Shown: piece after piece, positions 39,896 to 48,930 of the stretch
Layout of the letters: each line of letters opens with the position of its first letter
How positions within the stretch are numbered: position 1 is the first letter of the stretch
Origin: Escherichia phage FL33
Strand: one strand, 5' to 3'
Length of the DNA: 64,000 nt
Sequence record: PP400788
Translations under genes and position numbers: made by a program
Notes under the pieces: generated by a model
The model's input: the letters and a program-made list of their open reading frames with translations, nothing else
The model's database searches: none
Told to the model about the DNA's origin: nothing

Positions 39896-41578
39896 TTAAA
39901 CCATTACAGTAAATCGACCAACTTTCTTCATTTGAAGATGCTGACCATATGCTTGTGGGTCATGGTCTCTATGTGAAATAACAAAAACATTAGTATTTTT
40001 TAAACTATCTAAAATAGTTGAAATAGCTTTTACGCCTTCAACATCAGTTGCTGAATCAAAAACTTCATCAAGAATTAGTGTGTTTATTTTAACACCTGAA
40101 ACTTTTTCAGCAATATCACGCCAAGTAAATAAAAGAGCAATATCAATTCGTGCTTTTTCACCTTGGCTAAATGAAGCATAACTAAAATCTTCACGACCAC
40201 GGGATTTAATTGTCTCATTAAATTCTTCATCTAATGTAAACACATAATCCGCTTCCATTATTTTAAGATAATGGTTAATCTGCTTATTAAATAATGGAAT
40301 GTACTTTTTAATAATAGCACCTTTAATACCAGAATCTTTGAGCATATCAGTCAAAATTCCTCTATGGTATTTTTCCATTACTAAATTAGTTTTTGTCTTA
40401 ACAATTTTATCAAGTTCTTCTTGAAGCAGTGCTATTTCATCAGCGTGGTCAATAAACTCGGATGATGCTTTTTCTATAGCCGCTTTAACTTTTTTAGCTT
40501 TATCTACCGTCGTGATTAGAGATTGCTTTTTATTGCGAATATCATTTGCCAACGTCTGCTGGGTTTTAATATTATCTCGGTATTCATCAACAAGAACTTT
40601 TAAATTATCACGGTGTGTTGAAAGCTGTTCAAACGAATGCGTGCATTCAGAAACTTTATCTTTAATTTTAGAAACAACTTTATCACCGGAACTTAATTGT
40701 GACAAACAGGTTGGACATAATCCACCTTCGTGATACATATTAATGACTTTATTATACGAGTCAATTTTTGATTTAATCAAAACTGCTTCTTGACCGATTT
40801 TATTAAATGCATCAGTCGGGTCTTCATCTAAAACAATATTAACTAATCTTTCATTAGCTTCTTCTATTTCCGATTTTAGCGTTCTAGCTTCCTTTGCCAA
40901 ATCGTCATACATATTCTGTAGACGAGTAAGGTTGTCACCAGACAATTTTTTCTGTCGTTCAACATTATCGTTATATATTTTAATTTGTTGGATAATACTA
41001 TCTTTTTTAACATCAAGCACTTGGTTTTGTGAATTTAATTCACGTATTAGTGCTTTATTAAGCTTATCCATTTCAGCTAATGTTCCTACCTCGAGCAGGT
41101 CTTCGACAAGTTTTCTTCTTGCAGGAGTGGATAGGCCCATAAAAGGGGTATATCCAGCCGTGCCGAGTACGACGATCTGTTTGAAACTGGCGTATGACAT
41201 TCCGATAAGCTGTTCAAATTCTGCTTGGAAATCTTTACTGCTGGCAGATTCATTAAGACGTGTACCGTTAACGGTGATTTCGAAAACATTTGGTTTTTGT
41301 CCTCTTTTAATATAGTATTTTTTCTCATCATATTCCATCCACAATTCAACTAAAAGTTCTTTCTTATTTGTACTGTTTATTAATTGGCCTTTCTTTACAT
41401 CACGAAATGGCTTGCCAAAAAGCCCAAATGTGATGGCTTCTAACATAGTAGACTTTCCACCGCCATTTCGTCCAGTAATAAGAGTTTTTTGAACCTTATC
41501 TAATTGAATGTCAATAGGATTTCCACCTACTGACATTATATTTTGATACCTAACTCGGTTTAGTTTAAAATTCTTCAC
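39896..41578 (-). CDS. 46: Recombination endonuclease subunit gp46 (Rad50/SbcC-like)
   Basis: 560 aa as T4 gp46; Walker A GRNGGGKST, coiled-coil middle with CPTC zinc hook. Confidence 0.93.
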   Translation of the reverse strand: MKNFKLNRVRYQNIMSVGGNPIDIQLDKVQKTLITGRNGGGKSTMLEAITFGLFGKPFRDVKKGQLINSTNKKELLVELWMEYDEKKYYIKRGQKPNVFEITVNGTRLNESASSKDFQAEFEQLIGMSYASFKQIVVLGTAGYTPFMGLSTPARRKLVEDLLEVGTLAEMDKLNKALIRELNSQNQVLDVKKDSIIQQIKIYNDNVERQKKLSGDNLTRLQNMYDDLAKEARTLKSEIEEANERLVNIVLDEDPTDAFNKIGQEAVLIKSKIDSYNKVINMYHEGGLCPTCLSQLSSGDKVVSKIKDKVSECTHSFEQLSTHRDNLKVLVDEYRDNIKTQQTLANDIRNKKQSLITTVDKAKKVKAAIEKASSEFIDHADEIALLQEELDKIVKTKTNLVMEKYHRGILTDMLKDSGIKGAIIKKYIPLFNKQINHYLKIMEADYVFTLDEEFNETIKSRGREDFSYASFSQGEKARIDIALLFTWRDIAEKVSGVKINTLILDEVFDSATDVEGVKAISTILDSLKNTNVFVISHRDHDPQAYGQHLQMKKVGRFTVMV

Positions 41579-41838
41579 AAAAGATTCCTTTTAATGTATC
41601 TTTTAGACCATTCTATCATATCATCATAATCTAAAAAGTATTCATCAAATTCAGCCATGCAAACAACACCCTGTGCTGCTTTTGATGTGATATAAATTAT
41701 TCCAACATATCTAGAATCTTCTTCGGTGTAATCAATATTTGCTATGAATTCATCGTTAATGTCAAATGTCGAAAACTTCACAGTATGCATCCTTAATACA
41801 AGATACAGCCATATCTTGTAATGATTTAGGTGTGTCAT
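41575..41838 (-). CDS. Hypothetical protein (46.1-like)
   Basis: 87-aa ORF. Confidence 0.5.
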   Translation of the reverse strand: MTHLNHYKIWLYLVLRMHTVKFSTFDINDEFIANIDYTEEDSRYVGIIYITSKAAQGVVCMAEFDEYFLDYDDMIEWSKRYIKRNLL

Positions 41839-42025
41839 TATCTAAAATGTTGAAGTTAAAAGATACAGCCCAGTCAGTGCAGACCGTAACCTTTTTAATA
41901 CAATTATCTTCAACCTCTAGTGGTTCAAACCAGTATTCAATAATTTCTTTATGCCTAATATCATCTTTTACTTCGCATTCAAAATGCTGACTCATCATAA
42001 CATTTTTAAATTCATCAAAAGTCAT
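41762..42025 (-). CDS. Hypothetical protein (46.2-like)
   Basis: 87-aa ORF. Confidence 0.5.
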   Translation of the reverse strand: MTFDEFKNVMMSQHFECEVKDDIRHKEIIEYWFEPLEVEDNCIKKVTVCTDWAVSFNFNILDNDTPKSLQDMAVSCIKDAYCEVFDI

Positions 42026-43041
42026 TGTGTTGCCTCTACATATAACTGATTTGCATATTGAATAAGTGCTTCGCGATCAGAATCAGTGATGTCTGGAATT
42101 GCATTAATGTATTCTTCCATCAACGTCTGAAGAGATTGAACTTCAACCTCTTCGCTATCATCTGACTCGACAGAGTTATCAATCTTTGACACAACTCGTA
42201 ATGAATGCACAACTTTTTCTAGTTCAGATTCGAACTTCGTCAGATTTTTGTCTACCTCAGTTACTATAACACGTACTGACAGATTTGTAAAATCTTTATA
42301 GTCAATTTTTCCCTTAAATGGATATTGAATTCGACGATGCCAGGTAGTGTTGTTTGGAATAAATTCCATTCGTTCTGTTTCTGTATCAAACATCCAGAAC
42401 CCGCGAGGGTCATTCTCGTCACCTGCAGTTAGTGTCCATGGTGTCCCAATATATTTGACGTTAGCAGCCTCAGAGATAGTATGGAAGTGACCAGACCACA
42501 CTTCTTTATAAGTCTTAAGGAAATCAGGTTCAAGACCGTGAGATTTCATTCCTTTATAAAAATAAAATCCATTCAGTTCCCAGTGACCAACACAAAAGGA
42601 AGCAGATGAAGTTTTAATATGTTCAAGAATTTCACCGGTATTTTCTTCACACATCCAAGGAATTAAATCAATCAAACATCCGTCAAAATCTACTGTAGTA
42701 GGCTTATCATATACTTTAACATTAGGATATTTAGCCAAAAGCTCAGTAGAAGCATTTGGAGTTAAAGTATTTTTAAAGTGCATATCATGGTTTCCTACAA
42801 CAGTATGTAGGGTAATACCAGCATCATCAAGCATTTGAACTATTTCACGTGCGAACTCCATAGTTTTATGCGTGATTGCTTTTCGCACATCAAAAATATC
42901 ACCGTATTGAATCCATGTAGTAATTCCATTTTTCTTAGAATATTCTATCGCCTGCTTAATTCCATCCAGCTGGATTGATTGAACCCACTCATCATCGGCT
43001 TTAACGCCTAAATGCCAATCACCTAAATTTAAAATTTTCAT
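42022..43041 (-). CDS. 47: Recombination endonuclease subunit gp47 (Mre11/SbcD-like)
   Basis: 339 aa as T4 gp47; phosphoesterase motifs GDWH, GNHD. Confidence 0.93.
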   Translation of the reverse strand: MKILNLGDWHLGVKADDEWVQSIQLDGIKQAIEYSKKNGITTWIQYGDIFDVRKAITHKTMEFAREIVQMLDDAGITLHTVVGNHDMHFKNTLTPNASTELLAKYPNVKVYDKPTTVDFDGCLIDLIPWMCEENTGEILEHIKTSSASFCVGHWELNGFYFYKGMKSHGLEPDFLKTYKEVWSGHFHTISEAANVKYIGTPWTLTAGDENDPRGFWMFDTETERMEFIPNNTTWHRRIQYPFKGKIDYKDFTNLSVRVIVTEVDKNLTKFESELEKVVHSLRVVSKIDNSVESDDSEEVEVQSLQTLMEEYINAIPDITDSDREALIQYANQLYVEATQ

Positions 43042-43217
43042 ATATCAAGAACCGTCATTGAAATGCAAAATAAAATTATTGAAATAAATCCATCTGGAGT
43101 GCTAAAGAACCCAATCCAACATGCTCTAGTGAATAGATAAAATGCGAGAAAAAGTATCACATATCCAAGAAATATCATTATATCAAACTCCGTATAAAGC
43201 TAAAGGGCCGAAGCCCT

Positions 43218-44420
43218 TTATTTTGTAATAATGTCAAACTGCTCTTTAAAGCAGAAGCTTGAATCTTGATGCTGATACAAAAATTCATAAGCTTTTTCGC
43301 GTTCACGGTCATAAAGAGCTCGGTCAGATGACAGTTCTTTAATACGTTCAAATGTTGATTCCATGTCATTTTCATCAAACCAAACGATACCGCTATCGTG
43401 CGAAATTAATGGAGTATTATCAACACGGAATTTTAAATTTTCGCCAGTAGATTTCCAAAATACTGGAATTGTTCCACATGCACCAAGCTCGAGATGAGTA
43501 TATTCTAAAGAACGCTGTAGATATTTTTTATCTAATTTACTCAGCTGATAACCAAATCCGGATTTACTCATGCGTTCAAGCATTTCGCTATTTACATAAC
43601 GGTCGAGAATTTGCGTCGGCAAATTAGGAGCAATTTTAATTTGGTCTACTTGATGAAGACGATAATACTCGTATGGAATTCCTTTTTCTTTAATAGGAAT
43701 GAACGCTGGAGAACGTTCCAGACCTTCCATAATAGTACTTAGTCCTGCAGGTTTAAGATGTTTTTCGTGAAAATCAAACATCTGATAAAAGCCTTTCCAT
43801 GTAGTAGTACGACCAATCCAACGGTTGATATTCATGTTAATTTCAGAAACATCTTTCCAGTAAGTTGATCGAACCTTCGCAATATCCATAGGAGGCTGAA
43901 AGTTATATACAGTCGGTGCTTCTTCAATATCATCAAACAGTGAAACAGTTTCTGGATACCATTCTTTCATTAAAACTTTATTAAAATCGCCATTATCAGA
44001 ATGGCTAAAAATAACATCAGCTCGACGAACAGTTTCTTCTAATCCCAAATTTCGACGCAAAGAAAGAGAAGAATGGTCATGCTGATAAACTACAACACGA
44101 ACCGAAGGTTTAATGTTATCAATAATTTTTTTATAGTTATTAATCGTGTCTTCTTCAACTGAAGTAGCAGGAACTGAATTGATAACTAGAATATCACAAT
44201 CATTTACCAACTTAAGTGTTTTATCGTATTCTTTTGCCAATAAAACCGGAATTGAAAATGATTTATAATCATGCGCGCAATTACGAGTAAATGATTTATC
44301 TTTAGCATAAACCAAAGTTACTTCATGACCATTTTTAATAAACCAATCACGCTGCTCAAGAGAAAATTTAGTTACACCGCAACCTTCAAGACCTCGAGCC
44401 ATAAAAATGCATACTTTCAT
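43218..44420 (-). CDS. DNA alpha-glucosyltransferase
   Basis: 400 aa; near-identical to remembered T4 alpha-gt. Confidence 0.9.
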   Translation of the reverse strand: MKVCIFMARGLEGCGVTKFSLEQRDWFIKNGHEVTLVYAKDKSFTRNCAHDYKSFSIPVLLAKEYDKTLKLVNDCDILVINSVPATSVEEDTINNYKKIIDNIKPSVRVVVYQHDHSSLSLRRNLGLEETVRRADVIFSHSDNGDFNKVLMKEWYPETVSLFDDIEEAPTVYNFQPPMDIAKVRSTYWKDVSEINMNINRWIGRTTTWKGFYQMFDFHEKHLKPAGLSTIMEGLERSPAFIPIKEKGIPYEYYRLHQVDQIKIAPNLPTQILDRYVNSEMLERMSKSGFGYQLSKLDKKYLQRSLEYTHLELGACGTIPVFWKSTGENLKFRVDNTPLISHDSGIVWFDENDMESTFERIKELSSDRALYDREREKAYEFLYQHQDSSFCFKEQFDIITK

Positions 44421-44444
44421 TTAATATCCTCGTTGTTTTGGTTT

Positions 44445-44470
44445 ATTTTACCAAAAATTTATAAAGCAAT
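44445..44470 (-). promoter_or_regulatory. MotA-box middle-promoter-like element upstream of alpha-gt
   Basis: Minus-strand TTGCTTTATAA then 11 nt then TAAAAT. Confidence 0.4.
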
Positions 44471-44490
44471 ATAGGAGCCGAGGCTCCTAT
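44471..44490 (-). terminator. UCGG-loop hairpin
   Basis: AUAGGAGCC-UCGG-CUCCUAU on minus transcript followed by U-rich tract containing the MotA box. Confidence 0.45.
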
Positions 44491-44662
44491 CCGCATAATA
44501 CGCCATACAGAGGCTCATTAGAGCTTCTAAATTTTATGCGCTTATATGTTATAGTTCCTTCTGCTTTAGCTTTATCATGAGACTCTTTAAAGCGTCTCAT
44601 CATTTCTACTTTAGAGGAACGAATTTTATTAAATCTATTTCAGAAGTCTGGGTGTTCATCTT

Positions 44663-44869
44663 TCACAGTTGCCACCATTTTTTGACTTGATAAGAATCAA
44701 CCCACACTTTCATATTAGGGTCTGCTCTTACAATAGGAGGATTAACTTCTTTAATTGAACTATCATGGTATTCTTTTTCAGAAATTTTCACACAAAGATG
44801 ACCGTTCAAAGATTCAGTAAATCCTGCATTAATTTTAAGACGCTTGAATTTTACGTGTGTAAGCATCAA
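44663..44869 (-). CDS. Hypothetical protein (68 aa)
   Basis: Small ORF upstream of alpha-gt. Confidence 0.4.
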   Translation of the reverse strand: MMLTHVKFKRLKINAGFTESLNGHLCVKISEKEYHDSSIKEVNPPIVRADPNMKVWVDSYQVKKWWQL

Positions 44870-45152
44870 TCATATCCTCAATCTGCGATCTAGTAGTCTT
44901 CCAAAGAATACTAATGAGTTCATCATTATATGGCTGTTTTAGAATATCCCGACTTTTCTTGATAGCATATTCGTATTGAGCAAAATTATTGTTTTCAGCT
45001 GCAATTTGAGCGTGTTTATAAAGACGGTTCAGTTCGCGTTTGTTTTTAGACAATAACTTATTTGCTTTTCTTTCTGCTTCAAGACGGTTCTTTTCTTCAA
45101 TAGAAGAAATAAGCTTTTCCACTTCATCATTAATTTCGGGTTTATCAGTCAT
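44835..45152 (-). CDS. Hypothetical protein (105 aa)
   Basis: ORF with predicted helical/coiled character. Confidence 0.5.
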   Translation of the reverse strand: MTDKPEINDEVEKLISSIEEKNRLEAERKANKLLSKNKRELNRLYKHAQIAAENNNFAQYEYAIKKSRDILKQPYNDELISILWKTTRSQIEDMIDAYTRKIQAS

Positions 45153-45153
45153 A

Positions 45154-45372
45154 TTATTTCTCTAATATAAAATAAAAATCATCATCTGTTAAATGATACC
45201 GATAGTTTAATTCTACACCATTAGATTTAAAAGCGGTATCATACGGATTTTCTGGATCAATATCAATGTCAAGAGCTAAAACTTCCCTGAGATACATTTT
45301 AAGTAAATAGGGAATAGCTTCAACTTCAGGTATTTCTTCCAAGAATCCGGAGAGGTTAATCGTTAGCCTCAT
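45154..45372 (-). CDS. Hypothetical protein (72 aa)
   Basis: Small ORF immediately downstream of gene 55. Confidence 0.5.
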
Positions 45373-45913
45373 ATAAAAAATCCAAACTAGGAGAATCGTC
45401 TACAACACTTTTCTTTTCAGCCCCCGGTGTTCTATAGGTTGATTCTTCGTAATGCGTCATTTTATCGTAGATGTCTTGAATAAAAGTTTCATCTACTAAC
45501 GCAACCATATCGTCGTCACGACTGTCATAGACATTGTGAACGAAGTAACTATATTTCTTTGCAACTTCCTTACGTTCTTTTTTAATACGTTGGACGAATG
45601 CATTAAAACAAGCTTGAGTTATATACGCATGTGGGTTTTTATATTTCGTTTCATCAAAATTATGAAGTCCCTTAATAGAAGCTTCTATACCATCTGCAAT
45701 CATTTCTTGTTTCCAAGACTGGGTGTATCCTGAAAAGTTGAAACGTTTAGATAAGCCTTCTGCAATAAGCATAATGGCTAATCCGATAGTATCATTCTGA
45801 CGAACTACTTTATTTGGGTCTTTATTATTTGCTAATTCTGTTTTCCAATCAATAATAGCTTGTAAAAGCTCTTTATTGTTTACGTAATTATATTTAGGCT
45901 TAGTTTCTGACAT
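45356..45913 (-). CDS. 55: Late-transcription sigma factor gp55
   Basis: 185 aa from ATG at 45913 with GAGGTG RBS; [24 protein letters not shown] as remembered for T4 gp55. Confidence 0.9.
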
Positions 45914-45991
45914 TTTCACCTCTTAGCTCAATTCATAGATCTATTATATCATAATATTTGAAGATCTATCTTAAAGCATAGAGGATATCAG

Positions 45992-46261
45992 TTATCTAAG
46001 TAAGCAGTATGCTTGGAATACTTTCTCCATCATCTTTTTAAATTCATGAATATCTATATAATGACTAGTTAAATCAGCATGATATAAAAAGTCTAAAAAC
46101 TTTTCATGTGTGCTAACATATTCGCTTTCATTTAATTCAGAAACATGGCTTTCCCAATATCCAACACCAGTCTTATTTGGGAAAAATGAAATTTTCATAT
46201 ATTGGTCAACATAGAAAATTCCATAATTTTCAATAGTAATAGAAATATTAATAAATTTCAT
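45992..46261 (-). CDS. Hypothetical protein (55.x block)
   Basis: 89-aa ORF. Confidence 0.5.
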   Translation of the reverse strand: MKFINISITIENYGIFYVDQYMKISFFPNKTGVGYWESHVSELNESEYVSTHEKFLDFLYHADLTSHYIDIHEFKKMMEKVFQAYCLLR

Positions 46262-46473
46262 GCATTCATCAACTTAGCCGCTTCAAGAGCTGCATCTAGT
46301 GAATCAAATTGATCGACATATTCAATCAATTCGCCGTAATTAGCATATAACCACCATTGGCTAAATTCATACTCAAGGATAAATCCATTTCCTTCAATTT
46401 GAGTTAAACCAATGCCATTTGTATTTACTTCATATCCGGCAAGACGCAAATCATTGATAAGAGATTCATTCAT
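46258..46473 (-). CDS. Hypothetical protein (55.x block)
   Basis: 71-aa ORF, ATGA overlap with neighbour. Confidence 0.5.
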   Translation of the reverse strand: MNESLINDLRLAGYEVNTNGIGLTQIEGNGFILEYEFSQWWLYANYGELIEYVDQFDSLDAALEAAKLMNA

Positions 46474-46475
46474 AA

Positions 46476-46802
46476 TTATACCTTAGTAATTTTCAGATCA
46501 GCAAATTTTTTCTTGCGTTGATTTTTCATACGACGAATAGTTTTATCAGAAATTTCATGCTTTTGATAAGCTTTAGATTCTACACCAAAAGCTTTAACAT
46601 CAAATTCTGACAAGATATATTGAACCAACAATTCACGAATAGTATTTCGTCCAATTTTCTGATCATTCTGTTTCATCATCTGATGAAGCTCTTTTTCCCA
46701 TTTATCCAAAATTTGAGGAGTTACAATATCGCCTTTTTCTAGCAGAGAAACTACTTTATCATATGCATAAGAATTGATGGCGTTTTTAATTTGAATAGTC
46801 AT
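46476..46802 (-). CDS. Hypothetical protein (55.x block)
   Basis: 108-aa ORF. Confidence 0.55.
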   Translation of the reverse strand: MTIQIKNAINSYAYDKVVSLLEKGDIVTPQILDKWEKELHQMMKQNDQKIGRNTIRELLVQYILSEFDVKAFGVESKAYQKHEISDKTIRRMKNQRKKKFADLKITKV

Positions 46803-46825
46803 ACATTATCCTCAATTGCGTTAAA

Positions 46826-46856
46826 ATTTTATTATCCAAAAAGGGCCGAAGCCCTT
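46826..46856 (-). terminator. UUCG-loop hairpin with U-tract, overlapping upstream stop codon
   Basis: AAGGGC-UUCG-GCCCUU then UUUUUGGAUAAU; stop codon of the 66-aa ORF lies inside the stem. Confidence 0.5.
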
Positions 46857-47055
46857 AGCTAAACTGTTTGGCGCCCTTCCAGCCTTCGTACATCATTGCG
46901 GCTGATATTAATATTGCTCCTGCGCATTTTGAATATTTGTGATTCCAAAACCAGTTCAGAAAAACTTCGTCATCAATACCTTGGGCTATCATATTTTCAA
47001 AGAACTGACGACGAGCTTCGGCAATTCGTTGCGATAATTTAGATTCAGGATTCAT
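46855..47055 (-). CDS. Hypothetical protein (66 aa)
   Basis: ORF with ATG start. Confidence 0.5.
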   Translation of the reverse strand: MNPESKLSQRIAEARRQFFENMIAQGIDDEVFLNWFWNHKYSKCAGAILISAAMMYEGWKGAKQFS

Positions 47056-47187
47056 TTAAATTTTCCAGTTACCATTTTCATCAATGAATTTAATCCAGTC
47101 ATTTACTGACCACTTGGTCGTATCGCCTTTTGGAGCAACATTTAAAGTGTATAATCCTTGTTTAAAAAGCATTCGTTTGATATTCAT
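47056..47187 (-). CDS. Hypothetical protein (44 aa)
   Basis: ATG at 47187 with GAGG RBS; ORF-track version extends upstream into neighbour. Confidence 0.4.
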   Translation of the reverse strand: MNIKRMLFKQGLYTLNVAPKGDTTKWSVNDWIKFIDENGNWKI

Positions 47188-47194
47188 ATTTTCC

Positions 47195-47488
47195 TCAGCT
47201 GTAACGATAGCACTCGTTTGATTTGCGCTTAGCAACTCGTTGAGAAGTATTGTAATCAAAATCATCGTCAATGTAAACTGATTTTTTCAACTTTCTTACT
47301 TCACTACGTAATTGACGATTTAGCTCATCTTTAACTTCTGAATCAATGCCTTTCATTCTACGCCATTTATCAGAGCGAAAAATGTTTTCAACCATATCTT
47401 TATGACTTACACCATCAGGAGCTTTACGCTTTCCGAAATAGTCATAATCACGCACTTTTAAATCTTTACGACGATACGTTTTACCCAT
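47195..47488 (-). CDS. Hypothetical basic protein (97 aa)
   Basis: ATG at 47488; Lys/Arg-rich. Confidence 0.5.
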   Translation of the reverse strand: MGKTYRRKDLKVRDYDYFGKRKAPDGVSHKDMVENIFRSDKWRRMKGIDSEVKDELNRQLRSEVRKLKKSVYIDDDFDYNTSQRVAKRKSNECYRYS

Positions 47489-47663
47489 GGAGTTTAATTT
47501 CCTTAGCAACTGAACTAAATACAGCACGATCACAAATCATCTGTTTATGTAACTTAAGTATAAGATAATAAACTTCAAAACCGTTTACATAAGTAACACG
47601 AACAACATTACCATTAATAAAATAATATTGTCCCTTTTTAATTTCTTTATCAACCACAACCAT
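47481..47663 (-). CDS. Hypothetical protein (60 aa)
   Basis: ORF downstream of early promoter. Confidence 0.5.
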   Translation of the reverse strand: MVVVDKEIKKGQYYFINGNVVRVTYVNGFEVYYLILKLHKQMICDRAVFSSVAKEIKLHG

Positions 47664-47789
47664 ATCAAATCCTCAAAGGCAATTCATATGTTAATAATAC
47701 CACAGTTTGAACTTCTTGTAAACAACTTTGTGAAAATTATTTTAGGGAATGATAAGAAGTGAATGATAGTTAGAATGGTAATATACAGA

Positions 47790-47818
47790 ATGTGAGAAAG
47801 AAAGGCCCAGAGGGCCCG
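47790..47818 (-). terminator. Intrinsic terminator after nrdH
   Basis: GGGCCC-UCU-GGGCC hairpin followed by UUUCUUUCUC. Confidence 0.5.
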
Positions 47819-47820
47819 TC

Positions 47821-48129
47821 TTAGTCTTCTATGATATCTCTATCATATCCAAGTGAAATGAGAGTTTCTTTGAAGTGTTTAATGTTCTTTTGTCTAGAAT
47901 CATTAATGAAAATGACTGGATAACGAATGTTAAGAGATGTGAATCCAGCGCGTTTAGCAAGAGATACAATCAGCGGACGATCATACTCAATCTTACCATT
48001 ATTTGTAAGAACTTTATAGAAAGTAAAAGGAGCATTGAGCTCCTTTAGAAGTTTTGTAACTGATTGACATCCAGGACAACGACCTACTTCATCTGGAATT
48101 CCATAGACTTCAATCTTATTTTGTTTCAC
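47821..48129 (-). CDS. nrdH: Glutaredoxin-like protein NrdH
   Basis: 102 aa with CPGC redox motif. Confidence 0.8.
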   Translation of the reverse strand: MKQNKIEVYGIPDEVGRCPGCQSVTKLLKELNAPFTFYKVLTNNGKIEYDRPLIVSLAKRAGFTSLNIRYPVIFINDSRQKNIKHFKETLISLGYDRDIIED

Positions 48130-48131
48130 AA

Positions 48132-48344
48132 CTATTCCTTACTAAGAGCAGCATTCAACTTGTTAGTAATTTTATCCAGACGCTCATTGAACTCGCTAGA
48201 AGATAAACCCTTTTCTGGAGAAATCAAACTAATCACGAAAAATATAGCAATAAAAGGAATAAGGAAAATAGCTCCAACTGCCATAAACAGAAAGAATGTT
48301 ACAGTTGTAAGAAAATCAGCTAAACCTTTACGAAATTTATACAT
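48132..48344 (-). CDS. Small membrane protein (70 aa)
   Basis: Hydrophobic ORF between nrdG and nrdH. Confidence 0.5.
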   Translation of the reverse strand: MYKFRKGLADFLTTVTFFLFMAVGAIFLIPFIAIFFVISLISPEKGLSSSEFNERLDKITNKLNAALSKE

Positions 48345-48459
48345 ATTTTACCCTTAATTGATTAACCAAGCATTGATAAGCACTAAACTATATTGGGAAT
48401 AAAATTCTGGACCAAAATGAAAAATCATATCATTTATAGTATCCATAATGTAATTCAAT

Positions 48460-48930
48460 TTAATCATGTTTCCACACCCCATCGATATTTGACCAAAGTC
48501 GCTGATTATCTGATCCTCGCCACAGCTTTTTAGTCGGAAGATTTTTCTCATACTTCCCATCAATAATAACATCAACATATTTAAGCATTTCTAGTTGTTT
48601 AATATCTTCAAACTTATATCCTGTCCACAACCAAATGCTTTTATTGGGATAAAGATTTTTTACTGTTTGAACAATGCAATGAATAACATCTCGATTGTCA
48701 GGATAGAGAGGGTCTCCTCCAGTTATAGTTAATCCTTCTATATAATCATTATTCAAACATTCAATTAATTGTTCTAGTGTTTCACCAGTGAATGGAATAC
48801 CATTTCTAGCATTCCATGTTGATTTATTATAACACCCTTCACATTTATGCAAACAACCTGTAACGAAAAGAACGACCCTGCAACCAGGGCCATTCACAAA
48901 ATCGCAAGGATAAAATCTATCATAATTCAT
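48460..48930 (-). CDS. nrdG: Anaerobic ribonucleotide reductase activating protein NrdG (radical SAM)
   Basis: 156 aa; CLHKCEGC radical-SAM cysteine cluster. Confidence 0.9.
   Translation of the reverse strand: MNYDRFYPCDFVNGPGCRVVLFVTGCLHKCEGCYNKSTWNARNGIPFTGETLEQLIECLNNDYIEGLTITGGDPLYPDNRDVIHCIVQTVKNLYPNKSIWLWTGYKFEDIKQLEMLKYVDVIIDGKYEKNLPTKKLWRGSDNQRLWSNIDGVWKHD

Noticed and set aside
43178-43378. 66-aa minus-strand ORF overlapping the 3' end of alpha-gt
   Set aside because: It is in an alternative frame of the alpha-gt coding sequence and is contained almost entirely within that conserved gene.
48354-48578. 74-aa ORF overlapping the 3' end of nrdG
   Set aside because: It overlaps nrdG by about 120 nt in another frame and has no clear RBS; the nrdG frame is the conserved one.
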